Position numbers and translations under genes: made by a program. From Basidiobolus meristosporus CBS 931.73 (Eukaryota; Fungi; Basidiobolomycota), in NCBI GenBank assembly GCA_002104905.1, contig MCFE01000098.1:1-64000 (forward strand): a stretch of DNA of 64,000 bases. Direction: 5' to 3'. How positions within the stretch are numbered: position 1 is the first letter of the stretch; each line of letters begins with the position of its first letter. The notes under the pieces are model-generated. The model was not told the origin of the DNA, made no database searches, and worked only from the letters and a program-made list of their open reading frames with translations. This document shows positions 1-10,527 of the stretch, piece by piece.

Positions 1-490
1 TGCTTTCCCTTAAATACTTTTCCTGATTGCCAAGTGATTACCAATGACAAGGTTCTAGAAGATTCTAGGTATCAGTGGAATTCTTGATGACATCACTATG
101 AGCTATAAATATGCCAAGAATGTCCTGGAAGGTTCTAACAGGCACAGCACTCTCAACCAATCAGGAATCAGTAGTCTGAAACCTGTGCAACATAGAAATA
201 CCATATATGGTATTGAAATGGTAGAGATGGTAACACAGACCTAGGTCATGTGTCACGGGTACTGACGCGGGTACTTGCCTTATATAAATACATCTACTGA
301 TCACAAAGCTGAATAACATCTGGGATAACTAATGCTAATAACTAATCAGGGTAAACATCATATGGGGATAATACTGATAATATGGGCAAAAGAAGAATGG
401 GATAATACTGATAAGATAATATATGGATAAGTATATCATAATGACTATATGAATAAACTTGTCTGTGGGAGGTATGTTTACCCTACCACA
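1..490 (-). repeat. LTR-like repeat fragment, cut by the left window edge; inverted copy of 58948-59437
   Basis: The reverse complement of 1-487 aligns end to end with 58951-59437 at high identity by eye (tgctttcccttaaatac vs gtatttaagggaaagca). On the minus strand it begins TGTGGTAGGG at 490. Confidence 0.8.
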
Positions 491-1233
491 CCGTTCTAGT
501 TTCTATCCAAGCCTAGTATATCTAGCACTCCAAAGAACACCAAGCCTAGCCTGCCTAGCAAACAAATATTATTGCCTTTATAGCCAACCCAGCTATATCC
601 AAGACCAATATTAGATCAGAATCTTTCTGCTAATATTTCTGCCACTCTCTGACAATTCTAAGATTCTGCACTTAATTGTCCCTTTGGTTCAGTTAAACCA
701 TTCAAGAGTTTTATTACACTTTCTCTTGGATACAACAACCGGTATCCATTGATAGATGAATCTTTTATGCTTTCCAGCAGCATAACAGTAAATGGCCATC
801 ATGTAAAAGCACATATTATTGTCTGCATTGGAAATACGCCAGCCATCAGCAAGATAGCAGGTTTTTCTGGGTACTTACAAGCAGGCCACTGGTTTCTATC
901 AACATGGATATGCTGCCAGTCTTACATATCAAAGCAGAAATTTGATGATAATCTCACTGATATCTGGACCTAAATCACTGTCTAACTGTTGTATCCAAGA
1001 GAAAGTGTAATAAAATTCTTGAATGAGTTAACTGAACCCAAGTGACAACTAAGTGCAGAATCTTAGAATTGTCAAGAGTGACAGCAATATCAGCATTGAG
1101 GTTCTGGTCTAATATTGGTCTTGTATATAGCTGAGTTGGGCTATAAAGGCAACAGAGTTGGTTTGCTATGCAAGCTAGGCTTGGTGCTCTTGGGAGTGCT
1201 AGATATGCTAGGCTTGGGCAGAAACTAGAACAG
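491..1233. repeat. Long inverted repeat (foldback) with ~247-bp arms at 491-737 and 987-1233 and a 249-bp spacer
   Basis: The arms are reverse complements over their length (gttctagtttct...ttctcttggatacaaca vs tgttgtatccaagagaa...agaaactagaac), with scattered mismatches. Confidence 0.85.
738..986 (+). pseudogene. Tnp2 (Transposase_21, CACTA-like) transposase fragment inside the foldback spacer
   Basis: ORF 749-973 has VKAHIIVCIGNTPAISKIAGFSGY, matching the D.PA..K..GF.GH motif and the relics at 1672-1857 and 63286-63597. Confidence 0.7.
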
Positions 1234-1559
1234 AATTGTTGAATTCTTAATTTTGCTGAGGCACAATCTTAATTTTGTTGAGAAACACACTAAACCAAAA
1301 GGTTCAGTAATTTTTATTTATATTTTTCTGATCAAGTTGAATTAGTAAGTGCCAAGAGACTGGACTAATTGAAATCCGTTGGGGTGTTGATAGGTGCATA
1401 AGATAAATGAAAAGTTGCATCATTATTCAGCTGATGTCTTTGCAACTTCTAAGTGGTTGGATAGATCTCAGATGACTAATCCTTTGGAAAGGCTTAGAAG
1501 ATCAGTTGAGGATGTAATGACCACATGAAAATTGATCAGGTGTGACAGCTAAATATATC

Positions 1560-3400
1560 TTCTGAGAAGTGATAAATTGAACCATAACAGGGATTAGTTA
1601 TGTTTGTGTTATGGAAAATCAGTTAGGGTACTAGATTTTCTAACAGAGTGAAATTGGCTAAGTTTTAAATATTGATGTACAACACCAACCTAGATAATTA
1701 CCTGTATCTATTGCTGAATGAATTTAGTGTGCCATCCAGCTGGATACTAGTAAATGACTATCATGTCAAAGTGCACATTATTATCTGCTTTGGAGATACC
1801 CCAGCTATTGGCAAGATAGCCAGCTTTTCTGGGCATCATGGACAGTATTGCTGTTGAATCTGCAAGATCTAGTGGATTTACTCCATAATCCACATTATTA
1901 TGATCCAGACACCAATACTGAGGGCATCATCTTCTCACAGAGAGGATGTACAGAAGTCAGCATGCAAATACAGCAAAGCTGGCAGGCTGTAATTCATTGG
2001 CCACAATATGGATTTAATCAAAAATTGGTGATACTCAAGATAGTGGAAATCTGTTTGAACAAAAGCTGCACACTGGAAGTAATGCATTTGCACTCCAACA
2101 ATATCTCTACACTAATGACCAAGTGGTACATGGGGCATCTCAACTTAAGTGAGCCCTGTGAGATACTGGAAAATTTTGAAAGAGTTGGCAAGATACTATA
2201 TAACATCCGCTACCCAAAGTATTTCTTACAAGCTCTAATCAATATTCATAAAAATATGCAACAATACAAATGCAAGGACTGGACAAACTAGATATGTATT
2301 TATTCAAGTGGCCTTCTGAAGCCACTTCTACCAAGAGTACAGTGGAAGCATTGGGAGTTATTTGTTGACATTATAGAAGTATTTATTCAGAAGCAGATCA
2401 CCAATGCCAATCTGGTGCATCTACCACTTTTATGCAAGGAGCTTGTGATAGGATTTGAGTGGCTATACAACAAGCATAAAGCTGAATACAAGAATCTCTG
2501 TCACTACTGCATGCATTCTCTGCTCCATCTTGTTTAGTGTGTGGAGAATATTGTGCCTTGCTTCATCTTTTGGGAAATCCCAATGAAGCAGATGTGTGTG
2601 GAGATAGGAAGACAAGTTAAGTTGCAAGTACCACTATATCCCAATCACCTCAAAAATATTACCTTTGAACCCATCAGGGATGTGACAAGTTGGCATATGG
2701 AGGACAGCCAGGAAGAGTTGGAAGATACTGAGGACAGATGGGCACATGGAGACACCTATGCCTTTGGCTTTAAGAAGCTAAGCAGCCTCAATATGTTGGT
2801 AATCAGTCAAGTAATGCAAAGTTGGATTGGACACAACAAGCAACTAACACTTATTGGAACAACTTTACCAATTAAGCCAGGTTTCTCCTGGGTACAAGCC
2901 AATTCCTACACCATGCAATACAGACCTCATACAAACAAGAACTAGAGAGTACCTACAAGGGGGACTAGAGTCCAGTAGGGAGAAGGAATATATTGGCTAT
3001 ATGCCAAAAAGTATTTTGCAGATATTCAGAAGGTATTTATGGCAAAAGTGGTGGCAACCATGCATATGTTTCTAAGATGAATATGTTACCAGCAATACAA
3101 GGTATATAGCAACTTTGCAAGTATCACATGGAAAAGCTGTAAAGCTGAGGTGATAGCAGTGTGTCAATTGCAATATGGTAACATTATACAGTACTAGCTG
3201 TAGGCTGCTGTACTGCTATTATAATGCTAACAGATGTCCACATCAAGGCTCTAGGAATGCTGTCAGGTTTTCTTCCATATATGGCAATTGAATGTACTGG
3301 CTGGTCATGTTTGCTCAAACAAGTGTAGGCAGCAATAAGAACAATAAAATACCATTGAAATCCAATCAAAGCACTGTCAAAACACCATCAATTTTATTTA
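1560..3400 (+). mobile_element. Decayed CACTA/EnSpm-like (Transposase_21/Tnp2) DNA transposon relic; boundaries approximate
   Basis: Broken ORFs include VKVHIIICFGDTPAIGKIASFSGHHGQYCC, VMHLHSNN and FWEIPMKQMCVEIGRQVK. Positions 2281-2480 are homologous to the reverse complement of 62790-62970. Many stops and frameshifts. Confidence 0.75.
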
Positions 3401-3823
3401 CCTATTTAGCAGTAAAATCAGCAAAACACTGTCACAATCCCATAGTAAGATTGTAAAGAGGGTTAGTATTTCCAAGCTGCTGGTATTATGATGGCCTCTT
3501 TGTGGGATCTTGATGGCTGATCTGGACTGGACCCACCCATGTGAATACATTATTTTTAATATGGAGCAGAATATCATGATAACATCAGTAGAATTTTAGC
3601 TTTTCTAAGCTTATTGCTCTCTGGAACTTGGGTTTGTGCTGTTTGGCACACAAGAAGACAAGCTTTTAAGGGGACTAAAAAACTTGGTAAAATGCTACTC
3701 ACTACTTTCACAATAATTTACAATCAAAAATCTGAAGAAAAAATACCTGATGAATGCCAGCCTAAGGCTAGGGAAACAGTAGAGTTCAAGTACATCCTAT
3801 AGACTTGCACATCTCCAGATATC

Positions 3824-4080
3824 TGTTAAGTCATAACTTGGCTACTTTATTTTGAGTTATTGAAATAAATATATCACCACTAGGTGATTGGCATCCCCCC
3901 TAACCCTAATGTGCGCAAAGGTTGGGGGCTTTTGGACATCTCAGAGTATTATCATGTTCTAGTTGTTTGACATTTTGGTGAAAATATCTGTAGTCCTAAC
4001 AAATATAGCAAGGCTCATAAGCAATGTTCAAAGTGACCAAGTCAATAGAATATTTATGTGTAAATACAAGGTTTACAATA
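3824..4080. repeat. Strongly diverged solo LTR related to the copia LTRs at 46-53 kb
   Basis: atgtgcgcaaaggttgggggcttttggaca...tcatgttct...attttggtgaaaatat...tttacaata aligns loosely with the copia LTR core gtgtgcaaagtttggggctgtttggaca...tcatgttct...attttggtgaaaatat...tttacaaca. Confidence 0.5.
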
Positions 4081-4406
4081 TTTCCCTTGTGATCAAATAC
4101 CAAATACACCCTCGAGTAGTATTCTCCCTTAGGTTATTGCCGCTGCTTTGGCTGCACAAAAAGCGTAGATTCCCCATTAAAAAGTGTGCGGCAGTTGGAT
4201 AGCCTTGTTCTTTAATATAGACCGCATTGTCTGTCATCTACAGTTATTACACAACAAGCGTATTCTGGGAAGTTACACTCTTTTTCCCGTGTTTTCACTC
4301 ATCAGTCCATCAACAGATTTTGGTACAATCAACCCCTATGGAGGGTTGATAGGTATGTACAAGGCTGCATCCATGATCATTCAGATTTGAAATCGCTTCT
4401 CTCATC

Positions 4407-5915
4407 TTATCGTCGCTTCATCTTGTAGGTGATGATTGGTTTAAGCTTAGCCACGACCTGTACAAGTCCAAAATGAACCAGATCATGCACAATGTCGTCG
4501 ATTTCCTTGTAAGCATCCTGATGCTCTTCTACCAGCAGATCAGCATCATCACATACAACGGCACTCTGAAATGGTGTGGCCAGCAACAATTCATTCAACG
4601 CAGAAGTAGATGAGCACTTTGCTTGATACTTTTCCCGGATCTTAGAAACCGCCTTTCCTCTTTGGAGCTTGCGACCTGCACCATGCGCTAGGCTATACCC
4701 GCTTTCGAGATGGGTCTCAGGGGATATGGGCAGGACCAAGTACGAATAGGCACCACGAGAGCCAGGTATCACAACCAGACCTTCGTCTGAGGGTGCGGCT
4801 CCTTTCCTGTGGAGCCAGACATTGTCTTGCTCGATTTGAAGGCCCTCCTTCCTACTCACTCGATTATGCCAAACATCTAGAATTTGGGTGCTTTCTTCCA
4901 GAGCAATGCCGATGCTAGTTAGGAATCGACGAGCAATTAGCTTGCGATTTGCATTGGCCCAATCACAGGCATAATCATGATGCTTAAGATAGGCAATCCC
5001 CTGAGCGCTGGAAACATGAACTCCATCCTTTGCATTGTTTTCCTCCTTAAAGGCTTCCAGTACCTTCTGTCCCAGCAAACGAGAGCCGCTATGTACCAGA
5101 AGGAGAGCTTTTTCCGTGTTGAAAGAAGACACGATATCTGCACCATACCATTCCTCGATCATTAGCAACTCGGCGAAATGATTACCGCCACCTATTGTCC
5201 CGATTTGCTTATTGATCTCGTCGTTCTCGGTAAAACGCTTATCAACCTCAGCGAAATGCGGAATGCTTTCACAATAACGTTGCCACGCGTTGTCGTCCGA
5301 TCCTGACTCCCCTTTCCAAACCCCTTCCATTGAGATAAGCCGTTTCTTGACTTTCTCTGGATGGAACGATTGGGATTCGACGGGCAACTGATACAACGAC
5401 ATGCCACACCCTATATCATTTCCAACGAGTGCAGGATAAATAACATCTCCATGGGAGAGAAATGAGACGCCGATCGGGAACTGGTTACCAGGATGGAGAT
5501 CAGGCATACCAACAGCAAGAAAAATATTTTCGAATATTTTTGCGGTATTTTCCATTTGCTTAATGGCGTCTTCGTGAATATAGCTGTCTTTTGCGATCAC
5601 GTTAGTCCTAGAATTGTTCATTTCGGAGGGCCCTTTCGTGATGGTTGTACCGACAAAGTCCTCTCCCCTGGAAATGAAGATTTCCAAACTTTCAACCGGT
5701 GTTTCCAGAAGCGAGCCGAACTCGGTTTCTGTGACTTCAAAAGCGGTGTTTTTTCCTTGGCTGACGAAGTAGCGCTTGGGATTCTTGATTTTCAACTTGT
5801 TCTTTGCTATTCTCCGAATCTCTTCAAGGAGATTTGCCGAAGCATCGATTAGTCCGAGCGTTTTCTGCTTCTGGTTACTATTGGCTGTTAGAGTGATACG
5901 CACTTTAGTTACCAT
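4407..5915 (-). CDS. rtcB: RtcB-family RNA 3'-phosphate/2',3'-cyclic-phosphate ligase, RtcB2 (release-factor-H-coupled) subtype, 502 aa, single exon, with an N-terminal extra domain
   Basis: All RtcB catalytic motifs are intact: GMPDLHPG, YPALVGNDIGCG, GGGNHFAE, HSGSR, WLHRKGA, IPGSRG, SLAHGAGR (nucleophilic His), EE...AYK and LKP. First ATG at 5915 (the track ORF starts at an upstream TTG); TAA at 4407. Confidence 0.93.
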   Translation of the reverse strand: MVTKVRITLTANSNQKQKTLGLIDASANLLEEIRRIAKNKLKIKNPKRYFVSQGKNTAFEVTETEFGSLLETPVESLEIFISRGEDFVGTTITKGPSEMNNSRTNVIAKDSYIHEDAIKQMENTAKIFENIFLAVGMPDLHPGNQFPIGVSFLSHGDVIYPALVGNDIGCGMSLYQLPVESQSFHPEKVKKRLISMEGVWKGESGSDDNAWQRYCESIPHFAEVDKRFTENDEINKQIGTIGGGNHFAELLMIEEWYGADIVSSFNTEKALLLVHSGSRLLGQKVLEAFKEENNAKDGVHVSSAQGIAYLKHHDYACDWANANRKLIARRFLTSIGIALEESTQILDVWHNRVSRKEGLQIEQDNVWLHRKGAAPSDEGLVVIPGSRGAYSYLVLPISPETHLESGYSLAHGAGRKLQRGKAVSKIREKYQAKCSSTSALNELLLATPFQSAVVCDDADLLVEEHQDAYKEIDDIVHDLVHFGLVQVVAKLKPIITYKMKRR

Positions 5916-6271
5916 AGTGACTGACAGCAAAAAGGCGAGGACAGAAAGTCACGAAGGGGATTTTCATGGCTTATATAATTTTGTGGTTGGCTAAATGCAT
6001 GTTGGCTCAGTCAGGGATTCGCTTCAATGCGGAAAAAATGAAACCCGACTACATGAACTAGATTGAGAGAAGAAATCCATATTGCGGTGGCTACGGACGT
6101 TGTGGGGGAAAGCAACCATCACTAGCATTGATTATGATTCGCCGACAATGATACATGTTTCTAGAATAACATATATGTAATGATCGCTTCCAAGCCACCA
6201 TCTCAGGAATTCAGTAGACAAAAGATTCGCGTCTGCTCGTTCAGTAGAAGATTAATCGCTGAGTGTATCAG

Positions 6272-6684
6272 ATATGTCCGATTACTATCCTTCTATCTCT
6301 AAAAGCATCTCCTGGGAAACTCGTGGAGCATATCGGTCATGAAATGAAAACCGTGGTCGCATCTAGTCTGGCAGTTGGGATATTTCTCAGCCCATTGGAG
6401 TTGGTTCAGACCAGGTAATTAGAGGAGCGATCGACGGCTTTTTGTTTCTAACAATCTAAATCGTATGACCATTGATTAGATTGATCGGTCAATCGGCGAA
6501 ACACCAGAAGTATCGTGGTGTCTTTCATGGTTCAAAAACGATTGTTGCCGAAGAGGGGATATGCTCGTTTTATTGGTCAAACGGCCTGCTAGCTACTGTA
6601 CTTGTTCACGGGTTAAGCTGTGTTGATCCACAAGTAGTCCGTTGGTGCAGCTACCGGGACTGGAATAACAGATTGTATCTATAG
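6272..6684 (+). pseudogene. Truncated mitochondrial-carrier (SLC25) fragment most like Ugo1/SLC25A46, with one intron (6415-6479)
   Basis: Spliced reading VVASSLAVGIFLSPLELVQTR|LIGQSAKHQKYRGVFHGSKTIVAEEGICSFY carries the carrier signature P.[DE]..[KR]TR...Q and the Y.G...EEG segment. Intron gtaatt...ttctaac...ttag. Stop at 6684, with no convincing start or remaining repeats. Confidence 0.55.
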
Positions 6685-6875
6685 GATATTGACTGAGGAA
6701 TCAGTGCAAGTTCAATCCAAACAAATGTGTCCATGTGCCAAGTCTATAGGGTCAGGGCTGCTTTTGGCATTTCTGGCTTCGTTTGGGGTTTCACTGGCTG
6801 TCTTCCCGTTTCTAAACCAAAAATGAGAATAAAAAGCACCACCGGGAACTCATAGAGCAAGTATTATTGATAGTA

Positions 6876-9672
6876 CTACAACCAAGTCCTGAAGAACCAA
6901 ATGTAAACTGATTTGATAAGCTGGGTGAGCAGGCAATAGGCAAGCAAGGTGGCAAATAGATAAGGATAATACATCCCTGGCAGAGTCACCATCTCGAGTG
7001 ACTCCTTGAGTGGGGTAAATGGGATGAGAAAGCCAATGGCCATTATAGCCACCGTAGAAAGGAGCAAGGGAAGGGAGGCGCGACTCTGAATGAACGGAAT
7101 TAGCGGAGTCCGGATCATATGGACGATCAAGGTCTGTGTCAGTAAGCCGATCACAAAGCAACCCGTTTGGAACAGGGACTGATCATCGGTGGCGGTGGCA
7201 CCGAAGTAGAACCACATATAAATGTAGGTTGTGATATCAAAGATCGATGAAATTGGCCCGATGAAGAGCATGAACATCAAGACCCCCTTCGCTGACCAGG
7301 ACCGAGGTTTCATCAAGAAGTCTTGGTCCATCCTGTCCCACGGGATGGCAATCTGAGAGACATCGTAAAGCAAGTTCTGCACCAGGATCTGGATTGGCAG
7401 CATAGGAAGGAAGGGAAGCCAGATCGAGGCAACCAGCATACTGAACACATTACCAAAGTTCGAGGACACCGCCATCTTGATGTATTTGATGGTATTGCCG
7501 TAGGTAATCCGTCCCCGAATCACTCCGTCTACCAGCACCATCAAATCCTTCTCTAGCAAGATAATGTCTGCGGACTCCTTGGCGATATCAGTGCCGGTAT
7601 CCACCGATATCCCACAATCACTCTCACGCAAAGCTGGCGCGTCATTGATACCGTCTCCAAGGAATCCCACAACATGTCCCTTGCTTTTCAATGCCCGAAT
7701 CACTTGGGCCTTCTGAAGCGGCGTGAGTTTGGCGAATATGGTGGCCTCCTCGACGATTTCTGTGAACCGCTCATCACTTTCGTTCTCGAGGTCGCTGGTG
7801 GTCACAACGGAGTTGACTGGAAGCTTAATTTCTTGGCACACCTTACGGCAAACTGCCGCTGCATCCCCAGTCAATACCTTGATGGTCACGCCGTATTCAC
7901 GTAGCTCGTTGATTGCTAGCGAGGTGCTTGGCTTGGGAGGGTCAAGGAAGGCAATGTACCCGGCGAACACCATTTGTGTTTCTTGGGCAGCCGTGATATT
8001 TTTGTAGTCTCTGTCCAAAGCACGATAAGCAACAGCTATCACTCGGAGACCATCCTTGTTCAACTCATTGTTCAAGCTCTGCAACCGTTTCCGACAGTCG
8101 TCAGTGAGGTCAATGGTGCCATCGGTAGGTGGAGAGATGCCCCTCGGTGTGGGCCTAGGACTAGGGAGACTGCCGACAAATACCTTGGAGCAAGAGGCCA
8201 ACATCTCGTCGACTGCTCCCTTGGTGATAAGCAGATGATCCATATTGGATCGGTCTCTAATTACCACTGACATTTTGCGCCGGACAAAATCAAACGGGAT
8301 CTCATCTACTTTGAAATACTCACCCAACTCGAGACTAGGGTTGTTGTTGTAGAACTCTATTACGGCAAAGTCTAGCAGGTTCTTTAGGCCGGTTTGGAAG
8401 TAAGAGTTCAGGAACGCTAGCTCCAGAGGGAGGATGCAGGACTCACCACTACTGTTTAGGTGCCTCACAAGGGAAACCTTATCCTCAGTCAGGGTGCCGG
8501 TTTTGTCGGTGCAAAGTACATCGATTGCCCCCAGATTCACGATAGAATCCAGTTTCTTGACGATGCATTTCTTCTTTGAAAGTGCCATTGCTCCCCGAGC
8601 CAGGTTTGCGTTGACAATCATCGGCAGCATTTCCGGGGTCAATCCCACAGCAATCGATGCTGCAAAAAGGGCGGCCTGAAGCCAATCGTGTTTGGTAAAG
8701 CCGGAGAAAACAAAGACCAACGGTAGCATGATAAGCATGATTGCGATAAACAAGTAGCTGATCCTGCGAATCCCTTTTTGGAAGGCGTTGATTGGACGCT
8801 GAGAACTCAGCTGCTTGGCCATAGCGCCAAATAGAGTGTTGGGCCCGATGGCCTTCACAACCCCAGTGGCCGTCCCACTGACCACACTCGTTCCCATGAA
8901 GCACATGTCCACATCTCCATTGGAATTGGATGGGAGGATGAATCCGTGGGCGGACTTCTCAACTGGCATGGCCTCGCCGGTTAGTGAGGCTTGGGAGATG
9001 AAAAGATCCTTCGATAGGATTAGCTGCAAATCGGCAGGGACCAGGTCACCGGCCCTCAATTTGATCCAGTCTCCAGGAACAATCTCTTCGAATGGAACTT
9101 CGTACTCGGCAACATCTCCGCGCTCCACCTTCTGCAAGTCCTCGTGAAGAGGGTCTCTAGTATCAGGGGGAGCGTACTTGCGGATGACGGTGCATTTGTT
9201 ATTGACCAGATCCTTCAAACTCTGCGCGGCGATTTCCGACTTGAACTCCTGCACAGAGCGAAGGGCAACGCTCAGAATGACCATGACGATCATGATGATG
9301 GTCGTTTTGGCTTCGCCGGTTGCGCCGGAGAAGATGGCCAAAACGGTCAGAAGAATATTGAAGGGGTGAATCAGTGCGTTCAGCACAATCCTATACCATT
9401 TGACCGGTTCGCTTCCCACCACGGCATTTTTGCCATGTCTGCTTTGGATATTTTCAATCTCGCCCCACGGAAGCGGGTGGACGGGATGACCGGAGAGCTC
9501 ACCCACCGTGTACTCGGCCATGGAGTAGATCTCGGGGACAAGAATGACGTTTGCCTTAGACTTGGATGGCATTTTTCTCTGCAGGGTAGGTCAATTAGCC
9601 GAAAGTAGTTTCACCAGAACAATTATCGCTTGGTAGAACAGACAATACTTGGGTAGAATATGCTGTTTCCAT
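6876..9672 (-). CDS. mgtA: Magnesium-translocating P-type ATPase (MgtA/MgtB, P3B type), about 900 aa; main exon 9578-6876, probable 8-codon first exon 9672-9649
   Basis: Motifs DKTGTLT (phospho-Asp), LTGEAMP, GLTPEMLPMIV (P3B-typical), KVLTGD, GDGINDAPAL and PMLPIQILVQNLLYD. An in-frame GT..gctaat..CAG intron at 9648-9579 would join METAYSTQ to RKMPSKS; the alternative start is ATG 9572. Confidence 0.92.
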
Positions 9673-10056
9673 TAGAATGAGGCATCACTATCAGCGGCCC
9701 TTCATATTTATACTTTGCGAGGTCAAGCCATTGTTCCGCTCCTTTGTATCCAGCCACAGTTCAGTGAAATTGGCTTTACTTCGAGGCCAATCACATCGAC
9801 TCGAACCTGCAGTGTAGTGGGCTGCTAGAACAGCTTTTCCGTATCTGAACCGTTGATTTGTACAATGCCTTGGTCCATGAGAGCTGGAATGTTGATGTCA
9901 TGGTTGAGTTCCGTTTACTGGATTTGGCAAATGGCCGGCCAGTTAAACCCTCTTCAGACATGAACAATGTACAATAGTGAGCGAGAACCTTCCACGAGTT
10001 GAGGATATGGAAGTGTACAGGTGTTCTTTACTTTCTTTCATCACGACAACGGTATC

Positions 10057-10143
10057 TACATGAAAACTACTGTATCGAGGGCATGTACACGAAAACAACC
10101 GTAGCGAGGGCATGTACATGAAAACAACCATAGCGAGGGTATG
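10057..10143. repeat. Three tandem 29-bp units upstream of the MgtA-like gene
   Basis: tacatgaaaactactgtatcgagggcatg / tacacgaaaacaaccgtagcgagggcatg / tacatgaaaacaaccatagcgagggtatg. Confidence 0.85.
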
Positions 10144-10527
10144 TTTGTATGGTGGTGGTGAGATTGGGAGCGGATCTAGAAATAGAAGTGTAGCCACTCA
10201 GGAACAGCTACGGACGATCTTATCGGACCCGAAAAGGGCGCTCAGTCGGGGATACTTCTATTAATAACAATGAAAATAAACTTCATGACTCATCTTTACA
10301 AGTCTCCCTGATTTAAAGAACAGTCTGGCACGCCTCACTTGATTGGGGCGAAGGACACCGCCCAATGTGATTGGTAACCAAACTTTTTTGAAATTTCGGC
10401 TTTCAACGCATCACAGTAGATAAGGTTTGGGGAAATAGGACTCGGTTTCACGTGTCATCGGAAATATAAACATGGCATGAAAACAGGGAGCGAGGCCAGG
10501 TTTCAAGGACTCCTGCAGACATTAGTT

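Noticed and set aside
3895-3930. Single TAACCCTAA telomere-like unit within a small hairpin
   Set aside because: Only about 1.5 repeat units, and it lies inside the diverged LTR relic.
4407-9572. Bacterial contamination as the source of rtcB2 and mgtA
   Set aside because: They are interleaved with a spliced fragment and eukaryotic TEs, there is no operon spacing or Shine-Dalgarno pattern, and mgtA has a probable 5' intron. Read-level continuity should still be checked.
9798-9810. GGTTCGAGTC B-box/T-loop-like motif on the minus strand (possible tRNA)
   Set aside because: The flanks do not form a T-stem or cloverleaf.
10057-10143. CRISPR-like array
   Set aside because: Contiguous tandem units with no unique spacers, eukaryotic context and no cas genes.
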